From a bacterium (lineage in GTDB: Bacteria > Patescibacteriota > Minisyncoccia > Phycocordibacterales > UBA5272): DNA of 35,172 nucleotides. Below are positions 1 through 12,800 of this stretch, in pieces. Both the position numbers and the translations under genes were made by a program. The notes under the pieces were generated by a model. The model had not been told where the DNA came from. It searched no databases and worked only from the letters and a program-made list of their open reading frames with translations. The stretch lies in assembly GCA_043736875.1 (NCBI GenBank), contig JAYTBU010000028.1, positions 1-35,172 on the forward strand, written 5' to 3'. The stretch's first letter is position 1. Every line of letters begins with the position of its first letter.

Positions 1-1
1 A

Positions 2-3000
2 ACAAACATGCAGACTGATTTAGCTAGGGCTAGTGGTACAAATGTGTCATGTTTAAAATTTGACGCAGGACTTGAGTTCTCTGGTTTTGGTCCAATATAT
101 GCATCAGGACCTAATCCAGCCTTTAGGGTTCCAAACTATGTAACCCAGCAATATTTAGAAAACAGTACAGAAAGTAGTTATATACTAAGAGGTAACACAG
201 AGACCACTCCTACTTTTTTTGGATATACAAATAATCCAAATCCAAATCTTGGTCCTGTATTTGCTTTTAGTCAAGGTAGTCCTATATTTGGTAGTGTAGC
301 TCCGCCAAGACCATTTTTATATGAAGAGGATCCTGTTATAATAGAGTATTCAGATGTAGCAGCCACCAATAACAGGACAGGTACTTGTGATGATGCTACA
401 GGTAACTGGACAACTACTGCACCAGCGGACCTGACCACAGTAAAGAGAATGAGAATAGCTGGTACATATATGGCAAAAGACAGAGTTTTAAATTATCAAA
501 ATAGAGCATTTATAGCAGGAGATATCAGGTTTAAAGTAAGTCCTACAGCATTGCCAGGTAGCATGCAAGCGGTGTGGCAAAGTGAGCTCTCGTCTCCTGA
601 TACTTACACGCCAGCACAGTGGTATCACTCACAAGCGTCAGAAGTAGCAACTAGTTCAGCATATGGTTTTCAGCCAACACCAGGTAATTATTTTGGTTCT
701 TCTGATCGTATCACAGTAGTAACAGCACAGGTTAGAATAGAAAAAAACACAGAGCCAGATGATGTTGTAAGCATAGAGCCAGGAGATACGGTAACTTTTG
801 ATATAAAAAGTAGTTTAGAAGTGGGTGTGCCACCATCATCACCAACTAGTCCTATAACTATAGTTGACTATTTACCAAATGAATTAATGTACGGGACATC
901 TACTATAACAGGAGTTGATCTTACTGGTATGACTTTTGCTACAACTAGCGGCGCCACCAGTACAACTCTTACTTGGACTTTTCCAAATGCAAAAAGTGAT
1001 GGTACTGCTATGCCACGCATACTGTACACAGTACAGGCATCAAGCACAGTTACTCGCGCTTCAGTTGTAAATGTTGTTGAAGTGTATTCTCCTCTTGATA
1101 CCAGTTCACCTATTGCGCTCCGTAAAGATGATCACCCTATACAAATCAGTCGTCCTGGAAACTTTTTTGTGGAAAAAGAAGTGTTGATACAAGAGAGAGA
1201 AAAGGGGGACGATGTAGTATTTAAATTAAATTATTCAAATGTCGGATCTACTACGCTTTCATTCTTTGATTTTATAGATATTTTTCCATACAATGGGCAA
1301 GCTCTTGAGCCTATGTCTAATTTTGACGGGGCACTGACGGTAAAAGACGTGGCTACGATCACACCCTCAGAGACACTCTTTGTAACAAAAGCAATATCAA
1401 ATACTATAAAACTAAATCCTTGCCATATATCAAATGTTGAAACAGGATCAGCAACTGCAGATGCGTGTACTACAGGAGGCATAGATGGAGGTTCACAAGG
1501 TACAGGTTCAATCACAGGTACTGCATCTGCAGGCACGACATGGTGCGTATTAACTGGTCCAATAGGTGCGACCTCGTCATATGCTGGGTTGTCTACATCT
1601 TGTCCTGCTAATCCATCACAAGTTACGGCTATGCGCATACATTCATCATCGCCGCTAGGGGTTGGAGTAGCCGCTCGTTATTTTACTGTAACTTTTACAG
1701 AAGCGAATAATAGTACACTATCAAGATGGGTAAATGAATTTGGTGCGTCAGTAAAAGAATTAGCGTTACAAGTATTTTCAAATGACGTCTTTGCCAGATT
1801 GGTCAGTAGTCAAATAGGTGATAAGGTATGGTATGACTGGAATGCAGACGGGGTACAAGGTGCTGATGAGGCAGGTATACAAAATATACTTGTAACCCTG
1901 ACGGGTATAAGTAGTGGCAATGACGGTATTATGGGTACAGCTGATGATACGCCATATACAGCAACTACAACAACTAGTGCGACGGGTACATATTTGTTCC
2001 CTGGTTTACACTCGGGTGATTATACTGTAACAGTGGGTGCTCCAAATGGTTTTAATAATACTTATAATTTCTTAAACGGCACAAGTACCCAAAGTAATGT
2101 CAGTACTACGAGTTTAGCAAAAGCAACTAGTACACTAGTGCATGACTTTGGTTACAGAGGTAATGCAAAAATTAGCGGTTATACATACAAAGACGATGGC
2201 ACAAACACAAGGCCAACAAGTACAGCCACTAGTACTTGGGCCATACCAGCAACTACTATATTGCTCTACAATGCTAGTGGTACAGTTATAGCGACTACAA
2301 CTACAGATGCAAATGGTTATTATGAATTTCCAAATCTCCCAGGAGATCAAGTGTATACAATAGTACAGTTACAACCAGGAGGATATTTGTCTACAGCTTC
2401 AAACCCAGGTACAAATGGTGGAGCTACAAGCACAGCCAGCACTACTGAAAATATAATATTTGAAATAAGTCTTCCTCTCGGCGTACATTCACAAGAAAAT
2501 AATTTTGGTGAAGAGAAAAATACAAGACCAGATCTGTATATAATCAAAAGCACAAATGCTACATACTTTGTATCAGGTGCCACCACCACTTTTACTTTGA
2601 AAAGTGGATCATATGCAGCGGGCGGTGATGTTCTTATTGGTAACCCTATAAAGATAAAAGATGTTATGCCGGCCGAGCTTATATACATATCAGCTACAGG
2701 GACTAATTGGTCTTGCTCATTTACTGCGCCGCTACTTGCTTGTAATTATACAGGAGTATATCCAGTACTATCAGGTACAGTATTTCCAGATATAACAGTA
2801 GTAACTATGGCTACAGGTACAGCATTAACCACTACAAATACAGCGATGATAAATACTAAAAGCGAGTTAATAAGTACAGGAGGAGTGGGTACATCAAGCA
2901 CAGCGACAAATACAGGCGATAATATATCAAAAGTAACATTAAACGTAGCGCCCACTCCAAATCCTGTATGTACTATAAATTGTGGCTCAATAATTCCTAT

Positions 3001-3277
3001 ACTTCCACCAGCTTGTACACTTGGGTGTGCTTGTAATAACAGTTGTACAGTTCCAACTACAACACCTACAACTACACCAACCACAACAAAAGAAGTCACA
3101 ATTAAAACTATAAAAATAAATAACCCAGAAAAAGAGCCTGTTAAAAAAGTATTAGCCAAAACAGGAGACAGTGTGATCTATTATTCTATAGCTGCGATGA
3201 GTATGATTATGATGATGTATATGATAAATGTCAGAAATCAAAATAGAAAACTACAAATCAGGAGACGTGCCAGATAA
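2..3277 (+). CDS. Large cell-surface repeat protein, 5' end cut by the window edge. Contains DUF11-type repeat domains, two SdrD/Cna-B-type domains, a Thr/Pro stalk, a Cys-rich module and an LAKTG sorting signal.
   Basis: The reading frame is open to base 2, with no upstream stop and no signal peptide after the first Met at 8, so it is probably 5'-partial. SdrD-B-like segments include GDKVWYDWNADGVQGADEAGIQNILVTL...ATGTYLFPGLHSGDYTV and ISGYTYKDDG...DANGYYEFPNLPGDQVYT. A DUF11-like unit carries a paired-Cys signature (ATGTNWSCSFTAPLLACNYTGVYP). The C-terminus reads TTTPTTTPTTT, then LAKTGD, a hydrophobic helix and a basic tail (RNQNRKLQIRRRAR). Confidence 0.85.
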   Translation, partial: TNMQTDLARASGTNVSCLKFDAGLEFSGFGPIYASGPNPAFRVPNYVTQQYLENSTESSYILRGNTETTPTFFGYTNNPNPNLGPVFAFSQGSPIFGSVAPPRPFLYEEDPVIIEYSDVAATNNRTGTCDDATGNWTTTAPADLTTVKRMRIAGTYMAKDRVLNYQNRAFIAGDIRFKVSPTALPGSMQAVWQSELSSPDTYTPAQWYHSQASEVATSSAYGFQPTPGNYFGSSDRITVVTAQVRIEKNTEPDDVVSIEPGDTVTFDIKSSLEVGVPPSSPTSPITIVDYLPNELMYGTSTITGVDLTGMTFATTSGATSTTLTWTFPNAKSDGTAMPRILYTVQASSTVTRASVVNVVEVYSPLDTSSPIALRKDDHPIQISRPGNFFVEKEVLIQEREKGDDVVFKLNYSNVGSTTLSFFDFIDIFPYNGQALEPMSNFDGALTVKDVATITPSETLFVTKAISNTIKLNPCHISNVETGSATADACTTGGIDGGSQGTGSITGTASAGTTWCVLTGPIGATSSYAGLSTSCPANPSQVTAMRIHSSSPLGVGVAARYFTVTFTEANNSTLSRWVNEFGASVKELALQVFSNDVFARLVSSQIGDKVWYDWNADGVQGADEAGIQNILVTLTGISSGNDGIMGTADDTPYTATTTTSATGTYLFPGLHSGDYTVTVGAPNGFNNTYNFLNGTSTQSNVSTTSLAKATSTLVHDFGYRGNAKISGYTYKDDGTNTRPTSTATSTWAIPATTILLYNASGTVIATTTTDANGYYEFPNLPGDQVYTIVQLQPGGYLSTASNPGTNGGATSTASTTENIIFEISLPLGVHSQENNFGEEKNTRPDLYIIKSTNATYFVSGATTTFTLKSGSYAAGGDVLIGNPIKIKDVMPAELIYISATGTNWSCSFTAPLLACNYTGVYPVLSGTVFPDITVVTMATGTALTTTNTAMINTKSELISTGGVGTSSTATNTGDNISKVTLNVAPTPNPVCTINCGSIIPILPPACTLGCACNNSCTVPTTTPTTTPTTTKEVTIKTIKINNPEKEPVKKVLAKTGDSVIYYSIAAMSMIMMMYMINVRNQNRKLQIRRRAR
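2969..3046 (+). other. Cys-rich stalk module (CTINC...ACTLGCACNNSCTVP, 6 Cys) just before the Thr/Pro linker and sorting signal
   Basis: Read directly from the translation. It is paralogous to the module at 15132..15209 in the giant protein, with similar DNA (gtgcttgtaa(t/c)aa(c/t)ag(t/c)tgtacagt). Confidence 0.7.
3152..3274 (+). other. Sortase-type cell-wall sorting signal (LAKTG, hydrophobic segment, basic tail)
   Basis: LAKTGDSVIYYSIAAMSMIMMMYMINVRNQNRKLQIRRRAR. This is the tripartite architecture of LPXTG-class signals, with Ala at position 2 and Lys at position 3. Confidence 0.7.
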
Positions 3278-3334
3278 TTAGTGTCAGCAGGGTATAATCT
3301 GTGTGCATAAGTGTAAGCGATAAGCATTTAAATA

Positions 3335-3343
3335 TGTTATCAT
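3335..3343 (+). promoter_or_regulatory. Extended -10 promoter variant (TGTTATCAT) placed 6 nt before the ATG at 3350, implying a leaderless mRNA
   Basis: It has the same TGnTATnAT-N6-ATG geometry as five other genes in the window. There is no Shine-Dalgarno sequence. Confidence 0.55.
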
Positions 3344-3349
3344 ATAATT

Positions 3350-3838
3350 ATGAGAAAATATTTAAAATTATTTATGCTTTTGTTAAAAGTGTCTTTGTTA
3401 AAAATAAATAAAATATACAAGAAATTTAAAAATTTATTTCACAAATTAAATAAAATAGGAAAAGCTATTTTTCTGGGTATTGTTTTACTATTTGTTTTTG
3501 TGCTATATTTTACGTTTTTTTCAAAAAGTGTTTACGGTGATTATGTGGTAACAGAATGGAATGGTAACAAGATATCTTCTGAGCAAAAAATTAAAATAGA
3601 AAAAAATAAAATATCAGGCGTTGTGTGCGGGGACTGGTCAGGCATTTTGACAGAAAAAGACAGTATTTTAAGTAGTCAAATAGTTATAATAGCAGCTACT
3701 TGTGATGCCAACACTCTTGGCCTGCAGTATTCTCTTATATATGGCTTGCAATCAGGACTGCAATACTCTTTTAAAAGTGGGCAGGTTATATTGTTAGATG
3801 GTGCCAGAAATAATACTTTTGTTTTAAAGAAAAGTTAA
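3350..3838 (+). CDS. Small membrane-anchored hypothetical protein, possibly META/HslJ-like
   Basis: 162-aa ORF with a basic N-terminus and one hydrophobic helix (AIFLGIVLLFVFVLYFTFF). The ectodomain has two Cys in contexts (GVVCGDWSG, ATCDAN) that loosely resemble META-domain GCN/C motifs. It has an internal GLQYS repeat. The functional call is weak. Confidence 0.6.
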   Translation: MRKYLKLFMLLLKVSLLKINKIYKKFKNLFHKLNKIGKAIFLGIVLLFVFVLYFTFFSKSVYGDYVVTEWNGNKISSEQKIKIEKNKISGVVCGDWSGILTEKDSILSSQIVIIAATCDANTLGLQYSLIYGLQSGLQYSFKSGQVILLDGARNNTFVLKKS

Positions 3839-3857
3839 AAAGTTAAAAGGTTAAAAT

Positions 3858-6800
3858 ATGCAAAATCTTTATATTAAAATAACGAAAAATAAACAAATAC
3901 AAAAAATATTATCTAGTATAAGTATAATTAGTATTCTACTGCCTATGTTATATACCATCTCTGATATAAAATTTGCAGAGGCTAGCTATTTACAAAATGA
4001 TAGTACTGGATATTTTCTTTTAGATTTTAATGACAATGCACAAGGTTTCGCTCCGGTAGGGCCGCTACGTGATGGAATAGTGCATGACTCAGCTGCCGGT
4101 ACGATAAAGCGTTATGCGGCCAGTAGTACTGGATTTTTCTATACTAGTGATATATCTCCTAGCTCTTTTTCTGATTGGACCAAAATAAAAATAACTGGTA
4201 CATATAGTAATCTAAATGACATAAAAGTAAGTGCTTATACTTGTGATAGTTCACCTGTAGCTGTGCCTGGACTACAAAATGTAGCTATAAATAGTGCTGG
4301 GGAAATTGACTTATCAACAAGCTTGTCTTTGTCGGAGCAGTGTTTGCGTTTTCGTGTGGACTTTGGCTCACAAGGATTTGTAACACCAAGTATTACAGAT
4401 TTTAGAGTGGAGTGGATACCTTTACCAGTATTTTTGATAGCAAAATCAGCAGCAAGTACAGCGCCGGTAGGAGACGAGATAACATACGGCATTAACTATT
4501 CTGTATCATATGTTGATGATAAAGGTGTGGTGGTATGGGATACACTACCTACTATTGCTAATGGGGGAGTCACTAATTATACAGCTGCATATGGACAAAA
4601 TCCAGAAATGACATTTGTATCAGCTTCTAATGGGGGCATATATACAGCAACAGGTATTACAGTAAATGGCATAGCAGTACCTGCAGGATCTGTCTATTGG
4701 AATCTTGGTAATGTGACAGCAGGACAGACAGGTACTCTCACATTCACAGCAAAGTCTCAAAATGGATTACAAAACGGCATAAAGCTTAATAATTTTGTAA
4801 ATATAGATTCTTTGGCGGGGGAAATTAAAACCTCTGACTCAGACAGTAATGTGCCAGGCAATCAAGGTGTTGTGACTACTCTTACCTCTGCCCCGGCACC
4901 AAAAATAAATAAAGTATCAGAAGGGGTGATAAAGCTTGGTAGTGCTAATTATGTATACTCCGGAGGGGCATATACTCCAGTAGTTACATATGTGATACGT
5001 CAGCCAGATAGTGCTGCTTCTAATGCTTTTTCTGCTACAGGTCGCGAGACCATATTTAATCCTCATTATGAAGATAATGTCTCTGATATATTAGCAAAAT
5101 TATCTGGTGCTTGTCGCGCTACAGACCCAGCAACTAGGATAAATATATCAGGTGGTGGAGTGCTTACTGGGGGCAATATAATATGGCCGGTAGCGCCGCA
5201 CATAGGTCCAGGGTCTAATTATGAAGTACGCTATACTGTAGACTATACAGGTTGCCCCAGTAACATGATAGCAGACAATAAAGCTACTTTGTATGCTTCA
5301 AATACAACACCAATTTCAGATTCAGAGCAAGTTAAAATAGGTATAGACCTGACTCCAAATGGCATGTTCGCAAAAGGAGATACTGTTTTTAATACACAAT
5401 CAATAACCAATGACGAGGATGATAACAGCACAAAAGTGCAGTCATCAGGAGATGTATTTGATTATAATCTCTTTGCAAGAAATCCTTCTACTGTAAACTT
5501 GGGTCAAGTGGTAATGATAGATAAGATAAGTACTCAATTAGAATTTGTATCTATCATCGCGCCAGCAGGAGCATCGACTACTTTACTTTATAATACGACA
5601 GGAGTAGCCAGTCCAGTCAGTACACCAGTTGACTATAGTGCTGCTACAGGAGTGTTTGGACCATCGTGGACTACTGTGCCACCAGCAAATCCAGCAGATA
5701 CTGTCTGGGTTGCTGCAGTTGTAGTCTGTCTTGATTCTGCTATTTTCCCAAGTCCAGCAGGACAGAGCTGTCACCTCGCCCCTAATTTTGTAAATGTACC
5801 TATAAAAGTGAAAGTGAAACCATCGCCAGATGCTTGTACCCAAGTTGATGTTACGAATGTCGGTAATTTTTATACATACAAAGCATCAAATGATATAGCT
5901 AACACAGACGCAAACATGTCTACGATCTCCACTCCTATAAGTGCATCAGATAGTGAGCTGACACATCTCGGACCAACACTCGGAGCTTTTGGAGGCAATA
6001 ATTTTTTAGTAAATGCTTCAACAGCAACAGTTAATCCTGGCAATGATATAACTTATAATATTTCAGCTACAAATGACGGGAGTGACACCTCTCTAAATAG
6101 TATTATTAAAATAAGTATACCAAAAGTTATGGTTAATGGAGCGTTAACACCCCTCACATATGTAAATGCTTTGGGCGGAGCTGTTAACACAGTTAATCTA
6201 CCTAGTTATATAGAAGTAAACGTGGGTAATGTTATAGCAGGTCAAAACAAACAAGTCTCTGTAACTTTTGGTGTGCCGTCAGGAGTTATGAATGCTGCTA
6301 CTTTTTCTGTAGATGCGAGCATAACAGGATCAGATGATAATAATTGTGATATCATATTTCAATCAGGCTCAAAAACTACAACAGTATTATCCGAGCCTAA
6401 GATTTTAGTATTTAAAGAAGTTGACGAGTCTATTATTTCTTCTAAGGGTTTGATACATTACAAGATGACTTATCAAAATATTGGTACCAGTCCAAGTGCC
6501 GAAACATACATAATAGACAGGGTGCCAGATTATACTAACTTTGTAAATGCTTATACTAGCGGTACAGATGGCAATGCTAATACTTTTACTTGTGTTGGTT
6601 GTAGTGTCTCATTCTCTCAAAATATACCATTTCTTCCGCCTGGAGTATCTCCTTTTTCAGCATTTAATGTGCCGATGATAAATAGTAATTTTACTCCTGG
6701 TACAGAGACCAGCCCTGGATCTGGTGTCTGGAACTCTCCTTTTGCTGATGGTACACGCTGGATAGCTTATAAATTAGACAATCCAGCACTTACCCCACCA

Positions 6801-9800
6801 CTAAATACAACAGGCAGTAGTGCCTCTGTAGGTCTCACTGTTATAAATGACGATAACGGAGAAGCTGTAGGTACAGCAGGGTCGCCAAGCGGGACTATAA
6901 TACGTAATCAAGCTGGCATATTCTCTTCACAGCTACTACAAGCTATAGGTAACCAAGTCACCACCACCATACTTCCTGATCCAGGACTAAGATTAAATAA
7001 GACTTCGGACAAAGACATGCTATCAGCAGGAGAGCAGTTCAATTGGAATATTTCATATTATAATGACTCGGGTAATGATGATACATCAGTAACGATAACA
7101 GACACTTTACCTGTCGGTGTAACCTTAAATGGCGTCTACCATAAATGGAACTCTAGAACAATCACTAATGGTGCGACGCCAAATACAGAAATAAACGTAA
7201 ACCCTAATCCAAATGTGACAGTGGTTAACAATGCAGACGGCACAAAGACTGTTACCATTAACATTGTCGGACTTCGCGGCAACATAATACAAAACCTAGA
7301 AGGAGGAAATATAAGACTAGATGTATCAGTACTCCCTACCATAACTAGCGGCACTAATCTTGTCAATACTAGTACAGGATGTTTTGGAAATGAATTTGGT
7401 AAAGGTTGTGTCTCGGACGAGGACCCGGTATCAGTATCCAATCCTGATCTTTATATAAATAAATCAGTAGACAGGATGGATCCACTGCCTGGGGAAAACT
7501 TGATGTACACACTAGTCATAGCTAATAGAGGGTCTCATTTTGCACCAAATGTTATTATACGCGACACTCTACCTGTCGGTATATGTTATGTGCCTGGAAC
7601 TACAGCGATAGTGTCACCAACAGGTTGGTCCCTACCAGAACCTACAGTTACGGGTGTGTGTGGTAGCGCCCAGACACTTATCTGGAACAGTGTACTTGTA
7701 GGACCATCAACCAGTACACTAGGATATATGCCGGGCAATAGCGGTGATATTTATGTCAGATATACTACAAATCTACAAACAAATGTCCCAGCGGGTGCCT
7801 CACTTATTAACGGAGCCAGTATCAGTACACCACTAATAGAAGAGCCAGTATACCCTAATAATGATAGCCAGCCTGTACAGACACCATATCCAGATCCGTA
7901 TATATTAAAAGAGGCGACAGAAGTAGTGGATCCTGGCCAGACTATCGCTTATACACTTCGTTACGGTAATGCGGCGCGTATCGCAGCTAAAGGTGTTTAT
8001 TTTATAGACACACTTCCTGATTATGATAATGATGGGACGGTGGATGTAAAGTTCACAAGTGCAGCAGGAGGTAATGGAGAGACTTTTTACTATCATGCAG
8101 GACCTGACTCTCCTGTGCCAGTATTTGATTTTGCTAATCCTGTTTCAAATGGCTGGAGTACTAGCTCATCATCTGTGATGCCAGTCGGTCATATCGCTGT
8201 GTCTATTGGTAACCTGGCTGCAAATGCAGGACCTTTTACAGTATCTATAAACGCACAGGCCATAGATCCAGATACAAATACTAATATAGCTCCTGGTACA
8301 AGAGTAAATAATATAGCAAGTATCTTTTCAGCTACTACAGATGCGACTAGCACCAACAATACAAGTAATGCCACTACGTCCATCCCATCGCTTGATTTGG
8401 CCATAGAAAAAATAGGTAATCCAGAAGGAGCTTTTCCAGGAGCAAAGCCTAGTGACAATATTATTTATACCATCAAAGTAAAAAATGTAGGTACCGTAGA
8501 TGCTTGTGCTGTAGTAGTTGAGGATACTTTACCTGCAAATGTGACTCTTGTGTCACCTATACATAATTTTAACAATATCTCTCTTGTTAGTAGTCTCACA
8601 GGCAATGCAGTAATAGCGCATAATGGACTAGGTGTTAACATATCTACCCCAATATCTGTGTCATACACACTTTCGGGCGGTATTATGAAGTGGAAATTAG
8701 GCTCAGTAGGTACAACACCATACAGCAATGTCTGTATGCCTCCAAAAAGTGAGCAGTCATTTAATGTCTATGCAAAGATTAATGCTAATGTTGCAGATTC
8801 CCAAAGTGTTATTAATACCGTAAAAGTATTTGAAGAGTCGCCGGCAAATGAGGATAATATGAATAACAACAATGCGACTACTACAGTCACAGTATACAGA
8901 GCAGACCTAACGATAAATAAAAATGGAGTTAGTTATGGTCCAGATGGTATACTTGGCACAACTGATGACAATGAGACATATGTAAATCCTGGAGAAAAGA
9001 TACATTACACAATAGGTTATAACAATATAGGTAACATAGATGCAGTACCAGCAACTATAACAGAAAATGTACCAACAGGAACTTGTTATGTAAATGGGTC
9101 TGTGGCCATCCCTGCTGGATCAGTATTGCAATTATCAAACAATAGTGGTGCTGCTTGGAATTATGTTTCTGCTTCTGCTGCGGGAGATGTTGATTGTGGT
9201 GTGACTAATTTTAAATTAGTTTTTGCAAATATACCTGCGCCTGCTAATTTTGATGCAGAGGATACAAATAGTAATTTTACAGGCTCTCCAAGAATCCTTA
9301 TAAATACGACAGCTATTTCTAACTCAGTGTCTTTGACCTCGACAGGTATAGGTAATAATTTTACTCACGAATATACTCCTTATGTAGGTCTCCCACTAAA
9401 TATAAATAACGGGGGAGTGGATTGTTTTAATCCTGCTGTTAACCCTATACAGATATGTACGCCAGCTGACTTGGCCGCTGTAATTGACTACAACACAAGT
9501 GATTTTATATTACAAAATGATATAGATCTTGCAGGATATACTTGGACCTCTCTTTTTGACGACACTGTAACAACAAGAAGTTATAATGGTGATTTTAACG
9601 GTAATAACAAAACTATATCAAATATGACCACAGCTTCTGGCATAGAGCATGGAGGATTATTTGGTAAAACTGGACCTTTGGCACACATACATGACATAAG
9701 ATTAAAAAATGCAAACATAAGACCTGCCCTCACATCTCATGCTGGCCTGATTGGATTAGTTGACGGATCAAAGATATCTAATGTGTGGCTAGATAATATA

Positions 9801-12800
9801 GTTATAAATGGAAATGAGACAGCAGGAGCCTTGATCGGCTTTGCCGCAAACAGTTCAGGAGTGTGTAATATTAAAAGTATTTTTGCAACATCAACCATAA
9901 ATGTTCCATCTTTTGCAGGAGGTATAGCAGGTAGTATCGAGGGTATGGGGTGTAATATGATAAATGTTCAGTCTCACGGTACGTTAAATGTTAATAGTAG
10001 TGGTCAGAATATAGGAGGATTGGCAGGTCACGCAGTAAATACTCAGATAAATGCATCGTATTCAGATATGGACTTGAATATATCAAGTGGTAGCTCAAAT
10101 ATTGGTGGTCTCGTAGGTCAGTCTCTGGATCAGACACAAATAGGTAACTCTTATTTTGTTGGTGATATCGACATAAGTGCAGGTAATATAAATACTGTCG
10201 GAGGGTTGTTGGGTCTTGCTACTGGTAACGGAGGAAATGTTGGCGACAGTTACGCTATTGTTAATTTTGTGGATGCTACACTTACAAAAGTATACGCTAG
10301 AATAGGAGGCTTGATAGGTAACGTCACAAATGTTAATAGTCCGTTTACGATGAATAATTCTTTTTCAAAAGGAAATATATCACTTGGTAATAATGCTACA
10401 GAGATAGGAGGGTTAATAGGTTTAAGCTCAGGTGCTACAGCTACTTATAGTAATAATATTAGCTATGTAGAGGTAAGAGGAGGTACAAATGTAGGAGGAG
10501 CATTTGGTAAAATAGTTGCCTCTAATCAGGTTCTAAAAAGTAATTTTTCATATGGTAATGTAAGAGGAGGAACAAATGTTGGGGGGTTTGTAGGTGTGGC
10601 TGCTGGACAGGTAAATATTGCTGAGAGTGGGGCATATGGTAATGTGATGGGGGGCAGTGTTGTAGGGGGATTTGTAGGATTAGCGGCTGACGGAGCCCAA
10701 ATAATCCAGTCTTATTCAAGAGGTGACGTATCAGGAGTAAATAGTCTCGGAGGGTTTGTGGGCAGTGTTTCAGATCTTGCATATTTAAGAAGTGTTTACT
10801 CTTGGGGTGATATTCTCTCTTCTGGTACTTTATATATTGGAGGCTTGGTTGGTTACCATAATTCAGCTCAGAACGTAGACTTATCTTATTCTGCTGGATC
10901 AGTGACAGCTCCAAACGCAGAGTACGTTGGTGGGCTAATTGGGTACTTGGGTGGTGCCAGCCTCAGGTATAGTTTTGTCATAAATGAGGGTGGTGTAACA
11001 GGATCTTCTTGTGTGGGCTGGGTGGCAGGAGGAAGTTTTGGATATATAGACAGGGTTACATACAATCAGACAACAGGAAATGCAACAACTAGTGTCGCTT
11101 GTAACAGGGGAGCTGTTGGATCAATCACAGCTGTTGTTAATAATTCTGATTATTTTAAGATAGAGGCAAGTCAAGCCGGTGCATCTGGTGCTGGAAATAT
11201 CACCACTTTAGGTAACACATCTTTTCCAGTATTTACCTGGGAACCAAGAGCAGGATATAGACCGTCTGGTACATACACTACTATGATAGATAGTGATGCG
11301 GGATTTTTATCTTGGAAAAAGCTAGCTATAAATGCTACAGTACCACTAAACACAAGGATAGAATTAGGTATATATGATCCTACTTGCTCTACTTTACTCG
11401 CAGGACCTATAAGTGTACCTGACGGAGGTATGATGTTTGACGCCTTGCCAACTATGAATGCATATACTAGTCTGTGTACGATATATAAATTAACAGGAGA
11501 CGGTAATACCCCTTCTGTTAGCACCCCTAGCTTGGACGCTTGGAAATTCTCTTATAACTCTACTCAGACACCCTCATTCTCTTGGGATGCACAGGTGCAA
11601 AACAGTCGATTGCTTCCAGCTCAGATCAATAACACAGTAAATATACAGACAAATACACCAGAAACTAATTATGATAATAATACCGCTACAGATACATTAT
11701 ATCTAATACAAGCAGATCCAGAGATTAAGAAAATTGTGGACAAAGCAGCTATGGACTTAACAGAAGTAAATGCAGGTGATGAACTAACTTATACTATTAC
11801 TATTAAAAATAATGGCCCAAATGTAGCTATGGGTACATATATTATAGATCAGCTCCCAGCGTATATTAATCTACCACTTGTAAGTGTGGTGGCACAAGTC
11901 TCTACTGGAACACTTGCTTGTACGGTGAATGCTGTGACCAGGATTATATATTGCGATAATGACGGATTGGTAACTAGTTCATCCACTCTCAACATGTCTA
12001 TCACAGACACGGCGACTATTACAGTCAAAGTCAAGGTTAACACTACTGTAAATGCAGGAGATCAATTAGACAATGTCGCAAAAGTATTTAGCTCTACTTT
12101 TGATACTAATACAGATAATAACGAGGACACTGCCAGTACAGTTATAGGAGGCTTTGCTAATCTATACATAGAAAAGACAGGGCCAATAAGGGCAAATGTC
12201 GGTAAAAATTATACTTGGTCTATAAACTTTGGTAATAATGGTAACATTGCAGCTACCAATACTCGTATTATAGATAAGCTTCCAAATGAAGATATAAATA
12301 ATAATGGCATATTAGACCCAGGAGAGGATATTATTGTTAATGGAGCGATAGACAAATACTTTACTTTTGTAAATGGATCAGGTACAGCACCTACAAATAC
12401 ACAGTGCTCTGTACTGTCAGATACTGCGACAGTTACATATGTGATTTGTAACGTAGCGGGCTCGTCAGTAGACACTAGCTGGAATATTGGAGCAGGTGCG
12501 ACAGGGACAATTAATCTAACAGCATTAGTAATTAATAATTACAACTTGTTAAATGGAGGTACCAGCACAAATAGAGTAAGCATAATAACAGATACGCCAG
12601 AGACAAATATCGCAGACAATAATGACGATCATACGGCACCGTTTTGGCCGCTAGGGTACTCTTCTTTATCGGGCTTTGTCTATTATGATACAAACAATAA
12701 TAATATTAAAAATGCTACAGAGACATCAATAGCAAATGTACCAGTATTTCTAGTTGGTAAGGATAGTAGCAGCAGGATAATACTTCCGAGTCCAACATCA

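Noticed and set aside
334-342. An exact TGTTATAAT inside the first large ORF (coding PVIIEY), considered as an internal promoter.
   Set aside because: No downstream in-frame or out-of-frame start with the N6 geometry and no plausible ORF follow it. It is most simply a chance occurrence in coding sequence.
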